Below are positions 15,427 to 25,346 of a stretch of 64,000 nt of DNA, piece by piece. Source of the DNA: a virus; the IMG/VR virus record IMGVR_UViG_2864926767_000001, one strand, 5' to 3'. Numbering within the stretch: position 1 is the stretch's first letter; the number at the start of each line of letters is the position of its first letter. A program made the position numbers and the translations under genes. The notes under the pieces are model-generated. The model had not been told where the DNA came from. It saw only the letters and a program-made list of their open reading frames with translations, and did no database searches.

Positions 15427-16736
15427 GCCAGGTACTGAAGAGCGAGCAGTGGGTCATCACGGACAAACTCCCCGTCCTGATGGCGCGTATGGACAAGATC
15501 AACGAGCGTCTGCGCATGTCCAGCGCGCCGCTGTTGACGATCTCTGTCGAGCCCCTGGGTGTGCGCACCATGCGCAAGGGACTCCAGGAGATCACTGCCG
15601 ACTTCAGCAAGGTACGCATCGAGCGTCAAATCGCCGATGACGTGAACCACACCAAGGTTCTAGCTCATACCCGAATTGCGCTGAGCACCGGGGTGATGAC
15701 CCACACCTTCTACGATGACCTCAACGAGGAACAGGTCTACGCGATCCAGAACCCGGCATCGGCTTGCAAGTGCGACCACTGCAACCACGACCGCCAACGC
15801 GTAAACATCTACACCGTTCAGAACGACCAGGGCATCTTCCGCGTCGGCAGCAGCTGCATCGACGACTTCTCCAAGCTGAAGATGAACAAGTGGCTGGCCG
15901 CTCACGAAGATGCCGTGGAGCAGCTCAACAAGTACTCGGAGATCACCTTCTCCGACATCCGCGATCACGGTGTCCTGGAAGTCGACAGCCTCCTGGCCGA
16001 AGTCGTTGAGCTTCTGCAGAAAGGGCCGTATCAGACCAAATACGAACACGGCATCAGCACAGGCTATATCGCCTTCGGCAACGTGCAGCTCAAGGTCGAA
16101 CAGAACGATGGGCGCGCGCCTGAGTACCCGGATGACGTCATGGAGTCAGTGCGCCTGATTAAGCAGATGATCCTGCAGAGCGAGTTCTCCGAGACCGAGC
16201 GCCTCAAAGACATCAGCCTGAGCCAGCGCAATATCGTGAACAACGGTTACGTGACTGTTGCGCAGGCGCCGATCATGGCTGGCGCCGTTGCATGGCATAA
16301 CAAGCACAAGAAGCTTCAGGCCGAACGCGAGGCCGAAGGGTCTGCGCCTAAGGCTCAGAGCAACGTAGGCACCGCCCACCTTGGGGCCGTGAAAGATCGA
16401 ATCGTCTTCAAAAATCTCCAAGTCGTAGGTGTCTGGGCTGGGACTTCTGATCGTGGTTTCCCGTTTACCAAGCTGACCATGCTTGATGACCAGAATCACG
16501 TGATCACCTGGAAAGCTTCGACTCACCTGGATCTTGATAAAGGCGACCGAATCAACCTGGTGGGATCAGTGAAGGGCCACGCGACCTTCAACTCGAAGCT
16601 CTTCGGCAAGGAAGTTCAGGCCACGGAGATGACCCGCTGCAGCATCCTGACGAACGAGGAAGTCCTCGAGGCAGAAAAGCCGAAGAAGGCCCGCACTCGC
16701 AAGGCACAAGAAGAATCCCTTTCCCCGGCAGCTTGA
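15423..16736 (+). CDS. Hypothetical protein with CDHC Zn-binding motif and C-terminal OB-fold-like domain
   Basis: CKCDHCNH..GSSC; HLGAVKDRI..KGDRINLVGSVKGH. Confidence 0.65.
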   Translation: MSQVLKSEQWVITDKLPVLMARMDKINERLRMSSAPLLTISVEPLGVRTMRKGLQEITADFSKVRIERQIADDVNHTKVLAHTRIALSTGVMTHTFYDDLNEEQVYAIQNPASACKCDHCNHDRQRVNIYTVQNDQGIFRVGSSCIDDFSKLKMNKWLAAHEDAVEQLNKYSEITFSDIRDHGVLEVDSLLAEVVELLQKGPYQTKYEHGISTGYIAFGNVQLKVEQNDGRAPEYPDDVMESVRLIKQMILQSEFSETERLKDISLSQRNIVNNGYVTVAQAPIMAGAVAWHNKHKKLQAEREAEGSAPKAQSNVGTAHLGAVKDRIVFKNLQVVGVWAGTSDRGFPFTKLTMLDDQNHVITWKASTHLDLDKGDRINLVGSVKGHATFNSKLFGKEVQATEMTRCSILTNEEVLEAEKPKKARTRKAQEESLSPAA

Positions 16737-16744
16737 GGTAGGTG

Positions 16745-17020
16745 ATGGAAAACATTCAGAACGCGCTCAACACTCTGATGCGCGCCTGCTCCGATGCGAA
16801 CATGCCCGTGTTCGTTGCCTTCCAGCAGTCGGAGCACAGCGTGCGCGCCGTGACTGCCTGCGAGCAGCTGTCCAGTGGCGATAGCTTCAAGCTGGCCAGG
16901 AAACTCCTGAAGGCTGGGAGCCTGGACTCGTTCATGAAGATCGTGATCGCCGATGCCCAGAAGTCGGGCCATGATTCGCTGTTTCTCAAGTCGATTGGCG
17001 TTCCCACACAACCGAAGTGA
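16745..17020 (+). CDS. Hypothetical protein
   Basis: GAGG SD; operonic with upstream genes. Confidence 0.7.
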   Translation: MENIQNALNTLMRACSDANMPVFVAFQQSEHSVRAVTACEQLSSGDSFKLARKLLKAGSLDSFMKIVIADAQKSGHDSLFLKSIGVPTQPK

Positions 17021-17059
17021 CCAGGTGCCACCGCCCGGCAGCACCCTCACCCGCCCGGC

Positions 17060-17788
17060 TTAAGCCGGGCTTGTTATGTCCCAGCCATCGTCCAGCTCGA
17101 ACTCTTTCGCCATGAGCCGCGCCAGCGGCACGTGATTTTCACGCATCTTGGCCTGCACCAACTCAAGCCGGCGTTCTTTGGTCGTCAGATGGCGGATGAT
17201 CACCATGAGTGCCGGGCTCTGAATCATGGCCCACTTGGTCAGCAGATCAGTCTCGTCAGCCCGCTCGGAGAAGCCCAGCATCGCACGCCAGTCGATCAGA
17301 CCACGCGCGACCAGCACACGTAGCAAGGTCTTGTTGTCCGCAGTCGGGTTCAACATGCAGTTCGTGTAAATCTTCTTGGCGTATGCCGGGCTCAGCCTGG
17401 CACCACATTCGAGCACCTGCAGGAAGGTGGGGATGCTGCGCAGATCCAGGATGGCTTCCAGCAGCTTCGTCAGAAGTGGCTCCTGCGCCAGCGCCGGCAC
17501 CGCCTCGAGGAGGCTGGTGACGGTGTCCTTCCGGTAGGCACCTAGCAACACCTCGGGGATGTGATCTTTCAGGTGCGCTTCGACCAAGGGATCAGCGGCT
17601 ATCGCCGACAAGGCGCTCCAGTGGCCCTGGAAGGCCATCTCGGCAAGAATGCGGCCGGTGGCCCCGTGCATAGCCATCTCAGCAAGGAGAGCCTCTTTGG
17701 GGCCTTCCCGCTGCCCTTCCGGTGCATCTAGGTACTGCTGGAGTACTTCAAGTCCATCCATTTCATCAGCTCCTTGCTGGTTGAACAT
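17060..17788 (-). CDS. Hypothetical helical protein
   Basis: ORF track. Confidence 0.65.
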   Translation of the reverse strand: MFNQQGADEMDGLEVLQQYLDAPEGQREGPKEALLAEMAMHGATGRILAEMAFQGHWSALSAIAADPLVEAHLKDHIPEVLLGAYRKDTVTSLLEAVPALAQEPLLTKLLEAILDLRSIPTFLQVLECGARLSPAYAKKIYTNCMLNPTADNKTLLRVLVARGLIDWRAMLGFSERADETDLLTKWAMIQSPALMVIIRHLTTKERRLELVQAKMRENHVPLARLMAKEFELDDGWDITSPA

Positions 17789-17822
17789 CCCGAAACCGCA
17801 TTCCCCGTATGAAATCTTTGAT

Positions 17823-19290
17823 TCATGCGCGGGTCAAGGTTTCAGGCGCACAGCGCCTTCACTCTTGACGTTCTGCCAATAGCTGTACGAATATACAGCC
17901 ATGCTGAACGGGATCCGCTGTCGCGCTCATCCAACCACCGAGCAGGCCAAGAAACTGGCCCAGTGGATCGGTTGTGCGCGACTGATCTACAACGCAAAGG
18001 TATCGGAAATGCAGTATTTCCGCACCTTCTCGCGTAAGGCGTTGGGCGCCGGCCAAGCCGTGATCGATCAAGCGTATTCGCAGTTCAAGGACGCTGAACT
18101 CACCCCGTTCCTGAGCGAGGTTCCGTCGCAAATTCTGCGTAATTCAGCCGTGCAGTTCATGAACGGCTGGCAGCGATTCCTCAAGGGCCTGGCCTCTCCG
18201 CCAACCCACAAACGCAAGGGTGAGCGAGACAGCGTTCATCTCACCAACGAACTGTTCCGGTTCGTTGACGAAGGCCTGATAGAGATCGGCACGAAACGCT
18301 TCCCGGTTGGCACCCTGCGGTTCACGCAACACAGGGAAATCACCGAACCGAAGTCCATCATCGTCAGCCGCAAAGCCGGCAGATGGTACGTCAGCTTCAA
18401 TTTCGAAGACGCAACACTGGCTCCGCCGCGCCCTCGAGACGAGATTCTGGCCGATCTGTCCCATCTCGATGAGGCTCAGCTAACGGCAATGACCTGGGCC
18501 GGCGACCGTGGAGTGCGGGACATGCTGCACGGCAGCGATGGCCAGGTGTTCCACCTGACCGTCAGCGCTGTGGCCAAGAATCGACGCAGGGAACTCACCA
18601 AGAGGCGCCTTCAGCGGCGCCTCGCCCGGCAGCAGAAGGGTTCCAGGCGCCGCGACAAGACCAAGCGTCGCATCGCGCATATCAGCAGTGGCCAGGCTGA
18701 GGTACGGCGTGATTTCGCGCACCAGACCTCACGGAAGCTGGTCGACAGCCCGTACCAGGTATTCGTGTTCGAAGACCTGAAGATCACCAACATGACCCGC
18801 CGGCCGAAGCCAAAACAGGACGAAGCGACCGGCGAATACCTGCCCAATGGCGCTGCAGCGAAAGCCGGCCTGAACCGAAGCATTCTGCAGAGCTGCTGGG
18901 GCAACATCGTACTTTACACTCACTACAAGGCCGAACGAGCGAACAAGGTCACCATCAAGGTGCACCCGCATTTCAGCTCGCAGACGTGCTCCCAATGCGG
19001 ACACACGTCATCCGAAAACCGCTCTGGAAAGCAGTTTTCGTGTACCTCTTGTGGCTTCAAGGCAGACGCAGATGCCAACGCCAGTGCCGTGCTTCGCGCC
19101 AGAGGCGCGAAGCACATCATCGACGGAGAATGGCGTGAGCAGAAGGCCAAGAAGACAGTGAGTTTCAGGAAAAGGGGCTCGGAACGCGTCCCTCAAAACC
19201 ACGTGGAGAGACCTGTCGCACTGTGCGCTCAGATCTCAGTGAAGCGCGGATGCCCCGCTTGAAATCTTCGATTCAAGCGCGGGTAGTTCA
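17823..19290 (+). mobile_element. IS200/IS605-family element carrying only tnpB (IS1341-like)
   Basis: TTGAT at 17818-17822 followed by left-end hairpin GTCAAG..AGGCGC-ACA-GCGCCT..CTTGAC; right-end hairpin CCGCTTGAA/TTCAAGCG-CGG then TAGTTCA ending at 19290; no tnpA. Confidence 0.8.
17901..19262 (+). CDS. tnpB: TnpB/InsQ-family RNA-guided endonuclease
   Basis: N-terminal PTTEQ..GCARLIYN; RuvC D (AGDRG), E (FEDLK), D (DADANA); Zn finger SQTCSQCG..CTSCG. Confidence 0.93.
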   Translation: MLNGIRCRAHPTTEQAKKLAQWIGCARLIYNAKVSEMQYFRTFSRKALGAGQAVIDQAYSQFKDAELTPFLSEVPSQILRNSAVQFMNGWQRFLKGLASPPTHKRKGERDSVHLTNELFRFVDEGLIEIGTKRFPVGTLRFTQHREITEPKSIIVSRKAGRWYVSFNFEDATLAPPRPRDEILADLSHLDEAQLTAMTWAGDRGVRDMLHGSDGQVFHLTVSAVAKNRRRELTKRRLQRRLARQQKGSRRRDKTKRRIAHISSGQAEVRRDFAHQTSRKLVDSPYQVFVFEDLKITNMTRRPKPKQDEATGEYLPNGAAAKAGLNRSILQSCWGNIVLYTHYKAERANKVTIKVHPHFSSQTCSQCGHTSSENRSGKQFSCTSCGFKADADANASAVLRARGAKHIIDGEWREQKAKKTVSFRKRGSERVPQNHVERPVALCAQISVKRGCPA

Positions 19291-19299
19291 CATTTGAGG

Positions 19300-20427
19300 T
19301 CAGATATCCAAAACCGTCGCCATCATCTTCGTCTGCTGCTTCTCACTCATCTTCGGTGAGAAGTCCATGATGTTCTTCTCGATCAGCTCATCCATAACAT
19401 CCCGGCTCAGATGCTTGATGAACTGGTCGAAGCGGCCGAACTGCTGGAGGAGCTGAATATGCTCCCGCTTGAATCGCCTGTTGCCAGCGAATTGGGCCGC
19501 ATCTTTGGGGGTAGTCAGGTCGCTCTCCATCGCCCACCTGATGTGCTCTTCAAGCTTGCTATCCGTCGATGAAGCTAGGATAGCCCGGTTGGTAGGACAG
19601 GCATAAAGACCTGCTGCAACCATCACATCTCTGCAGCCTGGAAAGCGATCAAAGGTGAAACCGTTGAGAACCGAGACCATGCATGGTTTCGAATACTTAA
19701 AACAATGCTTACTCTGCACTAGCTTCGTGTAGTAGGCCTGCAGTTCCTTGCTCGGCTTGGCAGCCACTGGATGAAGCCTGGCGAACTCCTCAAGCCTCAT
19801 GCCAAGCACTCTCTCAAATGCGGCCTCCCACCGATAGATGGCCTGAGTGTCGCGATTTTCATATGCGACCTTATCCTGGATCTCCCCCGCACGAGCGATG
19901 GCTACCATCAGGGTCATGCAGACCTTGTCGTAATTCTCGGGCTTCTTGGCTTCTTTTGCCCAGGAACCCTTGAACAGCGCAGGGGCGGACTCGATCACGT
20001 AAGGCTCAACCATCATCCAGTTGCAGAGCTCTTCGAAGCTCTTGCCCGGCTGAATCGCAGCTCGCACAGCCTCATGCTGAAAACGCACGTTGTCCCAGTT
20101 GAGCGTGTTGAACTGCACCACACCAGGAGCAGTGACCTGCTTTATCCATTCGAGCATACAGGCCGTGTAGACCGGGATCATCTCCGGCTGCTCCTGGGTC
20201 TTTCGGGAAAGACGAAACAGAAAGTGCTCGACCTCCTTGTATCCCTTCTTGCTGCTCAAGGTGTACATCGCAACCTGCGGGAACTGCTTGAGGATCAGCT
20301 CCGGATCACGCGTGAACCCCATTTCGTTCAGGAGTGTGTCGCGATACTTTTTTTGTCCGTATTTGCGATCAATCGCTTCCTGGACTGCTTTGGCGTACAG
20401 CGGGTCGTCAGTGATTTTCCAAGGCAT
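19300..20427 (-). CDS. Hypothetical protein with shared C-terminal motif
   Basis: AGGAG SD before ATG 20427; ends EKQQTKMMATVLDI. Confidence 0.75.
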   Translation of the reverse strand: MPWKITDDPLYAKAVQEAIDRKYGQKKYRDTLLNEMGFTRDPELILKQFPQVAMYTLSSKKGYKEVEHFLFRLSRKTQEQPEMIPVYTACMLEWIKQVTAPGVVQFNTLNWDNVRFQHEAVRAAIQPGKSFEELCNWMMVEPYVIESAPALFKGSWAKEAKKPENYDKVCMTLMVAIARAGEIQDKVAYENRDTQAIYRWEAAFERVLGMRLEEFARLHPVAAKPSKELQAYYTKLVQSKHCFKYSKPCMVSVLNGFTFDRFPGCRDVMVAAGLYACPTNRAILASSTDSKLEEHIRWAMESDLTTPKDAAQFAGNRRFKREHIQLLQQFGRFDQFIKHLSRDVMDELIEKNIMDFSPKMSEKQQTKMMATVLDI

Positions 20428-20722
20428 GCTTCTGTGTCTCCTTCTTACTCTCACGGTACGGCTGGATAAGCCATCTCCACAAGCCGAGGAGGTTGGTCAG
20501 GAAGAAGGTCACCTCAAGAATCATCATGCCGAACGCATCCATTGAGCCGGCAAACAGGAAGAGTCCCCATGCCGATACGATGAAGAATGGCCAACCCCAC
20601 TTCGACCACCTGGTATTGCTGGCCACCATCAGTGCGCCAACCACACCGAAGACCGTACCGACCCACTGAGTGACCGTCTGATACAGGGTGTGAACCACTA
20701 CTGCGCATTCAGCTTCGACCAT
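20408..20722 (-). CDS. Small 3-TM membrane protein (PnuC/PQ-loop-like half transporter); start uncertain
   Basis: QWVGTVFGVVGALM..WGWPFFIVS..FFLTNLLGLWRW. Confidence 0.55.
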   Translation of the reverse strand: MVEAECAVVVHTLYQTVTQWVGTVFGVVGALMVASNTRWSKWGWPFFIVSAWGLFLFAGSMDAFGMMILEVTFFLTNLLGLWRWLIQPYRESKKETQKHALENH

Positions 20723-20835
20723 CGAGGGCCTCTCAAGAGAAGATGGGTCAGCACACCGGGGAAACAACCCCGCCAAGAAAAGTAATCGGCCTGACAAGGT
20801 CAGGCCGACTTGGTAGTGCTCAATTGTCGCCTAAA

Positions 20836-21471
20836 TCAGCCTGGCGTCCTAGATGGCTCAGGCGCCGGAGCTTGATCATTTGACATGCGGCGCTCGCTTG
20901 CGCGAATCGCGCCCTGAACAGTGCTCTTCACACTGTCCATCCTTGCTTTGAGATCAGCGTGATCAGCGGCATGCCCGTTTTTTTCGAAAGCACCACGGAT
21001 CTTGCCGCTGAGCCTCCCCAGCAGCTCCATGAGAAGCTTGAGAACAACCAAAATACCGTTGTTTTCCGGCGAATGCTGCAGGCGCTCGCCCTGTGGGCCA
21101 GTAAGGGTCTTTTCGATGCGCTCGAACTCATCGCGAAGCTCAAGTGCTTGCTCTGGCGTCACGTCATCACTACGCATACGCTCCGCGATTTCCTCAAGGC
21201 GCATATTGCAGCGACGAAGCTGATCGAGGCTGTAGCATTTAGCCAGGTTCTCCTCGATCTTCTCCTTGACCGGGTCATAAGGTGTACCGCTGTTGAGCGC
21301 GTCTACGGTCTCCTCAACTGTACGCTGGTCAGGCGCCGGTTCTGGCGGCGGAGTGGGCTCAGGGGTCGGATCGGGCTCAGGCTGGCGATACGGATCCGGT
21401 TCTGGCGTCGGTGCCGGCTCCGGAGGAATCTCGGCCTCGGGCCCACGGTTTTCGTCGTAGTTCATGCTCAA
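20836..21471 (-). CDS. Hypothetical protein with Pro/Glu-rich N-terminus and coiled coil
   Basis: ORF track; AAGGAC SD. Confidence 0.7.
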   Translation of the reverse strand: MSMNYDENRGPEAEIPPEPAPTPEPDPYRQPEPDPTPEPTPPPEPAPDQRTVEETVDALNSGTPYDPVKEKIEENLAKCYSLDQLRRCNMRLEEIAERMRSDDVTPEQALELRDEFERIEKTLTGPQGERLQHSPENNGILVVLKLLMELLGRLSGKIRGAFEKNGHAADHADLKARMDSVKSTVQGAIRASERRMSNDQAPAPEPSRTPG

Positions 21472-21477
21472 TGTCCT

Positions 21478-22308
21478 TTACAGGGAAAGTCCGTAGTTCG
21501 CCTTCTCCTGTTCGTGAGAAGACTTGATCGCTTTGAAGCCAAAGAACTCCGGGTCGACGTCGAACGATTGAACCAGGCGTTTCTTCGCAACCGGGCCATG
21601 CGCAACTTTGCACAGGTCATACAGCGACAGGTGGCGGCGATGCATCTGGCCGGCGAGGATCGCAGTCGCAACACGCTGAGTTTTCGGGTCTTCGGAATGG
21701 AAGAACTGCTTCACCCACTTGTCGACGGTCGCATCATCCTCGGCCAGGCCCAGGGCCTTCACGCCCCAGCGCTTGACGATGTTGCTCAGCGCCAACTCGT
21801 AACGCGAGGACAGTTTGAACTCAGGGTCGAACGCCCTCACCATCGCCTTGAACAGCTCAGGCTTACCATCACCATGCCCGGCGGATACCGCGCGGGTCAG
21901 GAAGTGGATAGCCGGAGTCAGCTTGGCGCCACGGTCTTTGACCAGGGCGGTTAGGTCATCGAGGGTAAACAGCGCCGAGTGGTCGGACAGGAAGACGTTC
22001 TCCTTCCTCCTCAGCATGTGGAGGTAGGTCGCCACCCCGTGGGCGTTCGGAGCTTCGGCCATGGCGCGGAAAATCCTGCGGTGGTCATCAGAGTCGATGA
22101 CATGCTGATTCAACTCCAGGATGAACTCGTTCCTCTTCTTGAAGACACTGGGTTCAGGGCTCATCCACGCGGAACTCTGGAAGATCTGCACGAGCAGGCC
22201 GTGCATACCCTCAAGAGAGTTTGTACCGAACAATTCGCCCATTCGACGAGTATCGAAAGTGGTCAGAATGTCCTTTATGGCTCTGTCGTCTAGCCTAAGA
22301 TTCATCAT
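21478..22308 (-). CDS. Hypothetical protein
   Basis: GGGAG SD; ends ANYGLSL. Confidence 0.75.
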   Translation of the reverse strand: MMNLRLDDRAIKDILTTFDTRRMGELFGTNSLEGMHGLLVQIFQSSAWMSPEPSVFKKRNEFILELNQHVIDSDDHRRIFRAMAEAPNAHGVATYLHMLRRKENVFLSDHSALFTLDDLTALVKDRGAKLTPAIHFLTRAVSAGHGDGKPELFKAMVRAFDPEFKLSSRYELALSNIVKRWGVKALGLAEDDATVDKWVKQFFHSEDPKTQRVATAILAGQMHRRHLSLYDLCKVAHGPVAKKRLVQSFDVDPEFFGFKAIKSSHEQEKANYGLSL

Positions 22309-22436
22309 GTAACTCCCACATTTGATTCATCGTACAACATGAGAGTCGCAGCTTACATCTAGCCAGCGCGCAATTTCCTATATATTGACACACTTGAGTG
22401 CCATGCAATAATCCATCGGACTTGCCGAGGATTGTC

Positions 22437-24386
22437 ATGCGCACATATACCAAATGGGCACTCGTGGTAGTTGCCGTCCTGATTGCCGCGCTCGCCGGGG
22501 CCTATCTCTACGTCAACAACGAAACCCCCGAAGCCACTAACCCCGGCTACGACATCAAGAAGCCAGAAGAAGTCTTTCTACTGAAATCTGGACAGGCTGC
22601 CAATATTGAAGCAATTGTCGTTGCTGGCAGCATTTACGATGGCGCGAAAGACATCGTTATCAAGTTCAAAGACACCAAGAATGCTGCGATCTACCAGCGA
22701 GTTGTCTACGATGGGTGGATTCGTTTTGAACAGAAGTTCCTTACTGGTGCGCTGAAAGAAAACCCCAGCATCGATTTCCGCATGATGGAATCGATGAGTG
22801 GCATCGGTAAGATTGTTGGCCAGGCCAATGACCCGACCGCCCTGATCACAGTTGGCAAGGCCAAAGGCGGTCTTGCAGACCTAATCAAAATCCTACTGCC
22901 GATGCTTGTCCTGGTAGGAGCACTGATCTACACGCTGCGCCTGCAGATGGGGATGGTGAGCAACTCCTTCGAGATTGCTCGCCCATCAGACATCAAGGAC
23001 ACCCTCGACGACATCGTCGGCATGCAGGACGTCAAGAAAGACCTGATGCAGCTGGCCGAGATGTTCACCAAGCCGCATGAGTACCGGGCGTTTGGTGCTG
23101 ACAAGCCGTTCAACGTCATGATGACCGGCGAGCCTGGCACCGGTAAGACGATGATGGCTCGCTGCCTGGCCAAGATGCTCAACGTGCCGATGATCTATGT
23201 CTCGGCCTCGAACCTGGAGTCCGGCTTTGTAGGTGGCGGTTCAGGCACCCTGCGCAAGATGTTCAAAGCCGCCATGAAGCTCAAACGCTGCATTGTCTTC
23301 ATCGATGAGGGCGACTCCTTGTTGGCAGCCCGCGCAGCGCATGGCTCCAACCGCTACGAGAACGACACCATGACTGCGCTGCTGGCCATCCTCAGTGGTG
23401 TCCAGGCACAGCAAGCAAAGGGCGTTATCTGGATCATCGCCAGTAACTTCGACGAAGGCACCATGAACATGGACGCGGCAATGCTGCGCCGCTGGCCCAT
23501 GAAGATCGGGTTCCGCCTACCCTCTTACCATGAGCGCCGGGAGCTGCTCACCCGCCTCCTGGAGCCATTCCGAAGCAAACTGGGCGCAGACATTAATCTT
23601 GACCACCTGGCGACCATCACCGGGGGCATGAGTCCGGCTAAGCTCGGGGATATGACCACCAGGGCGTCTCTGATCGCCATCCAGGAAGAATCGAAGATTA
23701 CCCAGGACATCCTTGTCCGGGCCTACGAACGCCTCATGATGGGTAACACAGACCGTTCGCCAAAGGGTACTGCTGACTCAAAACGCCGGATCATTGCCAT
23801 CCACGAGACTGGCCACTTCATCATGGAACTCCATCACGCCATGATCGCGGCCAACAACGATCTGAGCCTGCTGCCGGAGAAGTTGCGGGTACTTAAAATC
23901 TCCACTGAGGCCGTACCGAAGATCGGCGCCGAAGGCTACGTCCTTAGCCGCAACGAGGAATCCCCTCTGCGTACCCGCGATCAGCTCGAGGAGCACGTAG
24001 CGGAGCTTTACGGCGGCATGGCCAACGAAGAACTGCACTTCCACGGAGGCGGGGTCACCACTGGCGCGCACCAGGACATTCGACAGGCAACCCTGATCCT
24101 CAACACCATGTACAGCGAGATGGGCTTCTACAGCCACTCCAAGGTCAACCTGCGCCTACTGGCCGGCGAACGTGGCGCGGTGGATGATACGACCCGGATG
24201 AACATCACCAACAAATCCGAGGAGATCTACCGGCAGACCCTGTCCACCTTGCGCAGCTACCAGGCACTCTCCGACATCCTGGTGGAGCACCTGATGATCA
24301 ACCATGTGATGACGGTCAGGGAGGCAATCCCAATCGTAAGCGAGTACTATAAGGGGAAGAACTCGCCGCTTCGCCGGTACAGTTAA
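22437..24386 (+). CDS. ftsH: FtsH-like membrane AAA+ zinc protease (peptidase M41)
   Basis: Two TM segments; Walker A GEPGTGKT; Walker B FIDE; HETGH; GGMANEE; GAHQD. Confidence 0.88.
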   Translation: MRTYTKWALVVVAVLIAALAGAYLYVNNETPEATNPGYDIKKPEEVFLLKSGQAANIEAIVVAGSIYDGAKDIVIKFKDTKNAAIYQRVVYDGWIRFEQKFLTGALKENPSIDFRMMESMSGIGKIVGQANDPTALITVGKAKGGLADLIKILLPMLVLVGALIYTLRLQMGMVSNSFEIARPSDIKDTLDDIVGMQDVKKDLMQLAEMFTKPHEYRAFGADKPFNVMMTGEPGTGKTMMARCLAKMLNVPMIYVSASNLESGFVGGGSGTLRKMFKAAMKLKRCIVFIDEGDSLLAARAAHGSNRYENDTMTALLAILSGVQAQQAKGVIWIIASNFDEGTMNMDAAMLRRWPMKIGFRLPSYHERRELLTRLLEPFRSKLGADINLDHLATITGGMSPAKLGDMTTRASLIAIQEESKITQDILVRAYERLMMGNTDRSPKGTADSKRRIIAIHETGHFIMELHHAMIAANNDLSLLPEKLRVLKISTEAVPKIGAEGYVLSRNEESPLRTRDQLEEHVAELYGGMANEELHFHGGGVTTGAHQDIRQATLILNTMYSEMGFYSHSKVNLRLLAGERGAVDDTTRMNITNKSEEIYRQTLSTLRSYQALSDILVEHLMINHVMTVREAIPIVSEYYKGKNSPLRRYS

Positions 24387-24422
24387 ATTCACCCCATCAA
24401 TTCAGTATCAGGATGAGAAGAA

Positions 24423-25286
24423 TTGACCAAGAACGACACCTCTATCGCCTACTCGCTCCATGAACTCGGCGCGGACATGCACCTCCGCAACTTCTGGAGT
24501 GAGTTCGGCGCAAAGAGAGCAAAGAGCATAAAGCGCTCTGAGCTCTACGCGACTCAGGTCGAAAACTCGGCAATGACTGGCGACCAACTCCCCTTCTCCA
24601 TCGCCATCAACGAGTACTACTGGGAGAAAGAGTCTAAGCGTGTTCTTTTCCCGAAGTCGGCTGCAGACATCATGTCCATCTTTGAGGCGCCTGAAGCTCA
24701 GGCGGAAGATGCGAAGTTCGTACTGCCATACGACAGCTTCATGGTCGCTCTACCCGAAGGGTTCGAGTTTGAAGGTGAAGTAATCCCACCGTTCCTGGTT
24801 TCGTTTATCGCCAAGGCTGAATCTCGGAAAAAACTCTTCGCCCCCATCCTGAAACTTGCCGGTTTGAGCGAATTTCATAAGGTAGACCTGTCAGAAGAAG
24901 TTGCCAGAGGAGATAGCCTTCTCTCGATCAACTACCAGGACTACAACATCAACGGGGCTAGCGTTCTGTTTAGCCGAGCGGCCTCGAAGTTGCCGATCTA
25001 CCGCAAGTGCAAAACTCCAGAGGAGCTTGAAGACCGCACACAAGTAATCATTGATGACGCGATGGGCGTGATGCTCGACGACGTAGACTTCAAAGTGCAG
25101 TTCTTCATGGTCAAGTTCGTCCTGGCACTGGGCACCCACTTCGCCATCAACGGGGTGAAGTCAGTACAGTTCGGATACCCCACCGCCAAACCCCCCAGGA
25201 TGGCGCCGGTCTCCAACGCTTACAGCATCTACGCCAGTACACTCTCCTACGTCGCAGAGGCTGACCGGGCCCACAATATCCTGTAA
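24423..25286 (+). CDS. Hypothetical protein
   Basis: ORF track, TTG start, operonic position. Confidence 0.7.
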   Translation: MTKNDTSIAYSLHELGADMHLRNFWSEFGAKRAKSIKRSELYATQVENSAMTGDQLPFSIAINEYYWEKESKRVLFPKSAADIMSIFEAPEAQAEDAKFVLPYDSFMVALPEGFEFEGEVIPPFLVSFIAKAESRKKLFAPILKLAGLSEFHKVDLSEEVARGDSLLSINYQDYNINGASVLFSRAASKLPIYRKCKTPEELEDRTQVIIDDAMGVMLDDVDFKVQFFMVKFVLALGTHFAINGVKSVQFGYPTAKPPRMAPVSNAYSIYASTLSYVAEADRAHNIL

Positions 25287-25346
25287 ATTGTGGTGACCTC
25301 AGCGCCTGGCCCCTCCAGGCGCTGCAACCATTTTGCGGGCCCTGCG

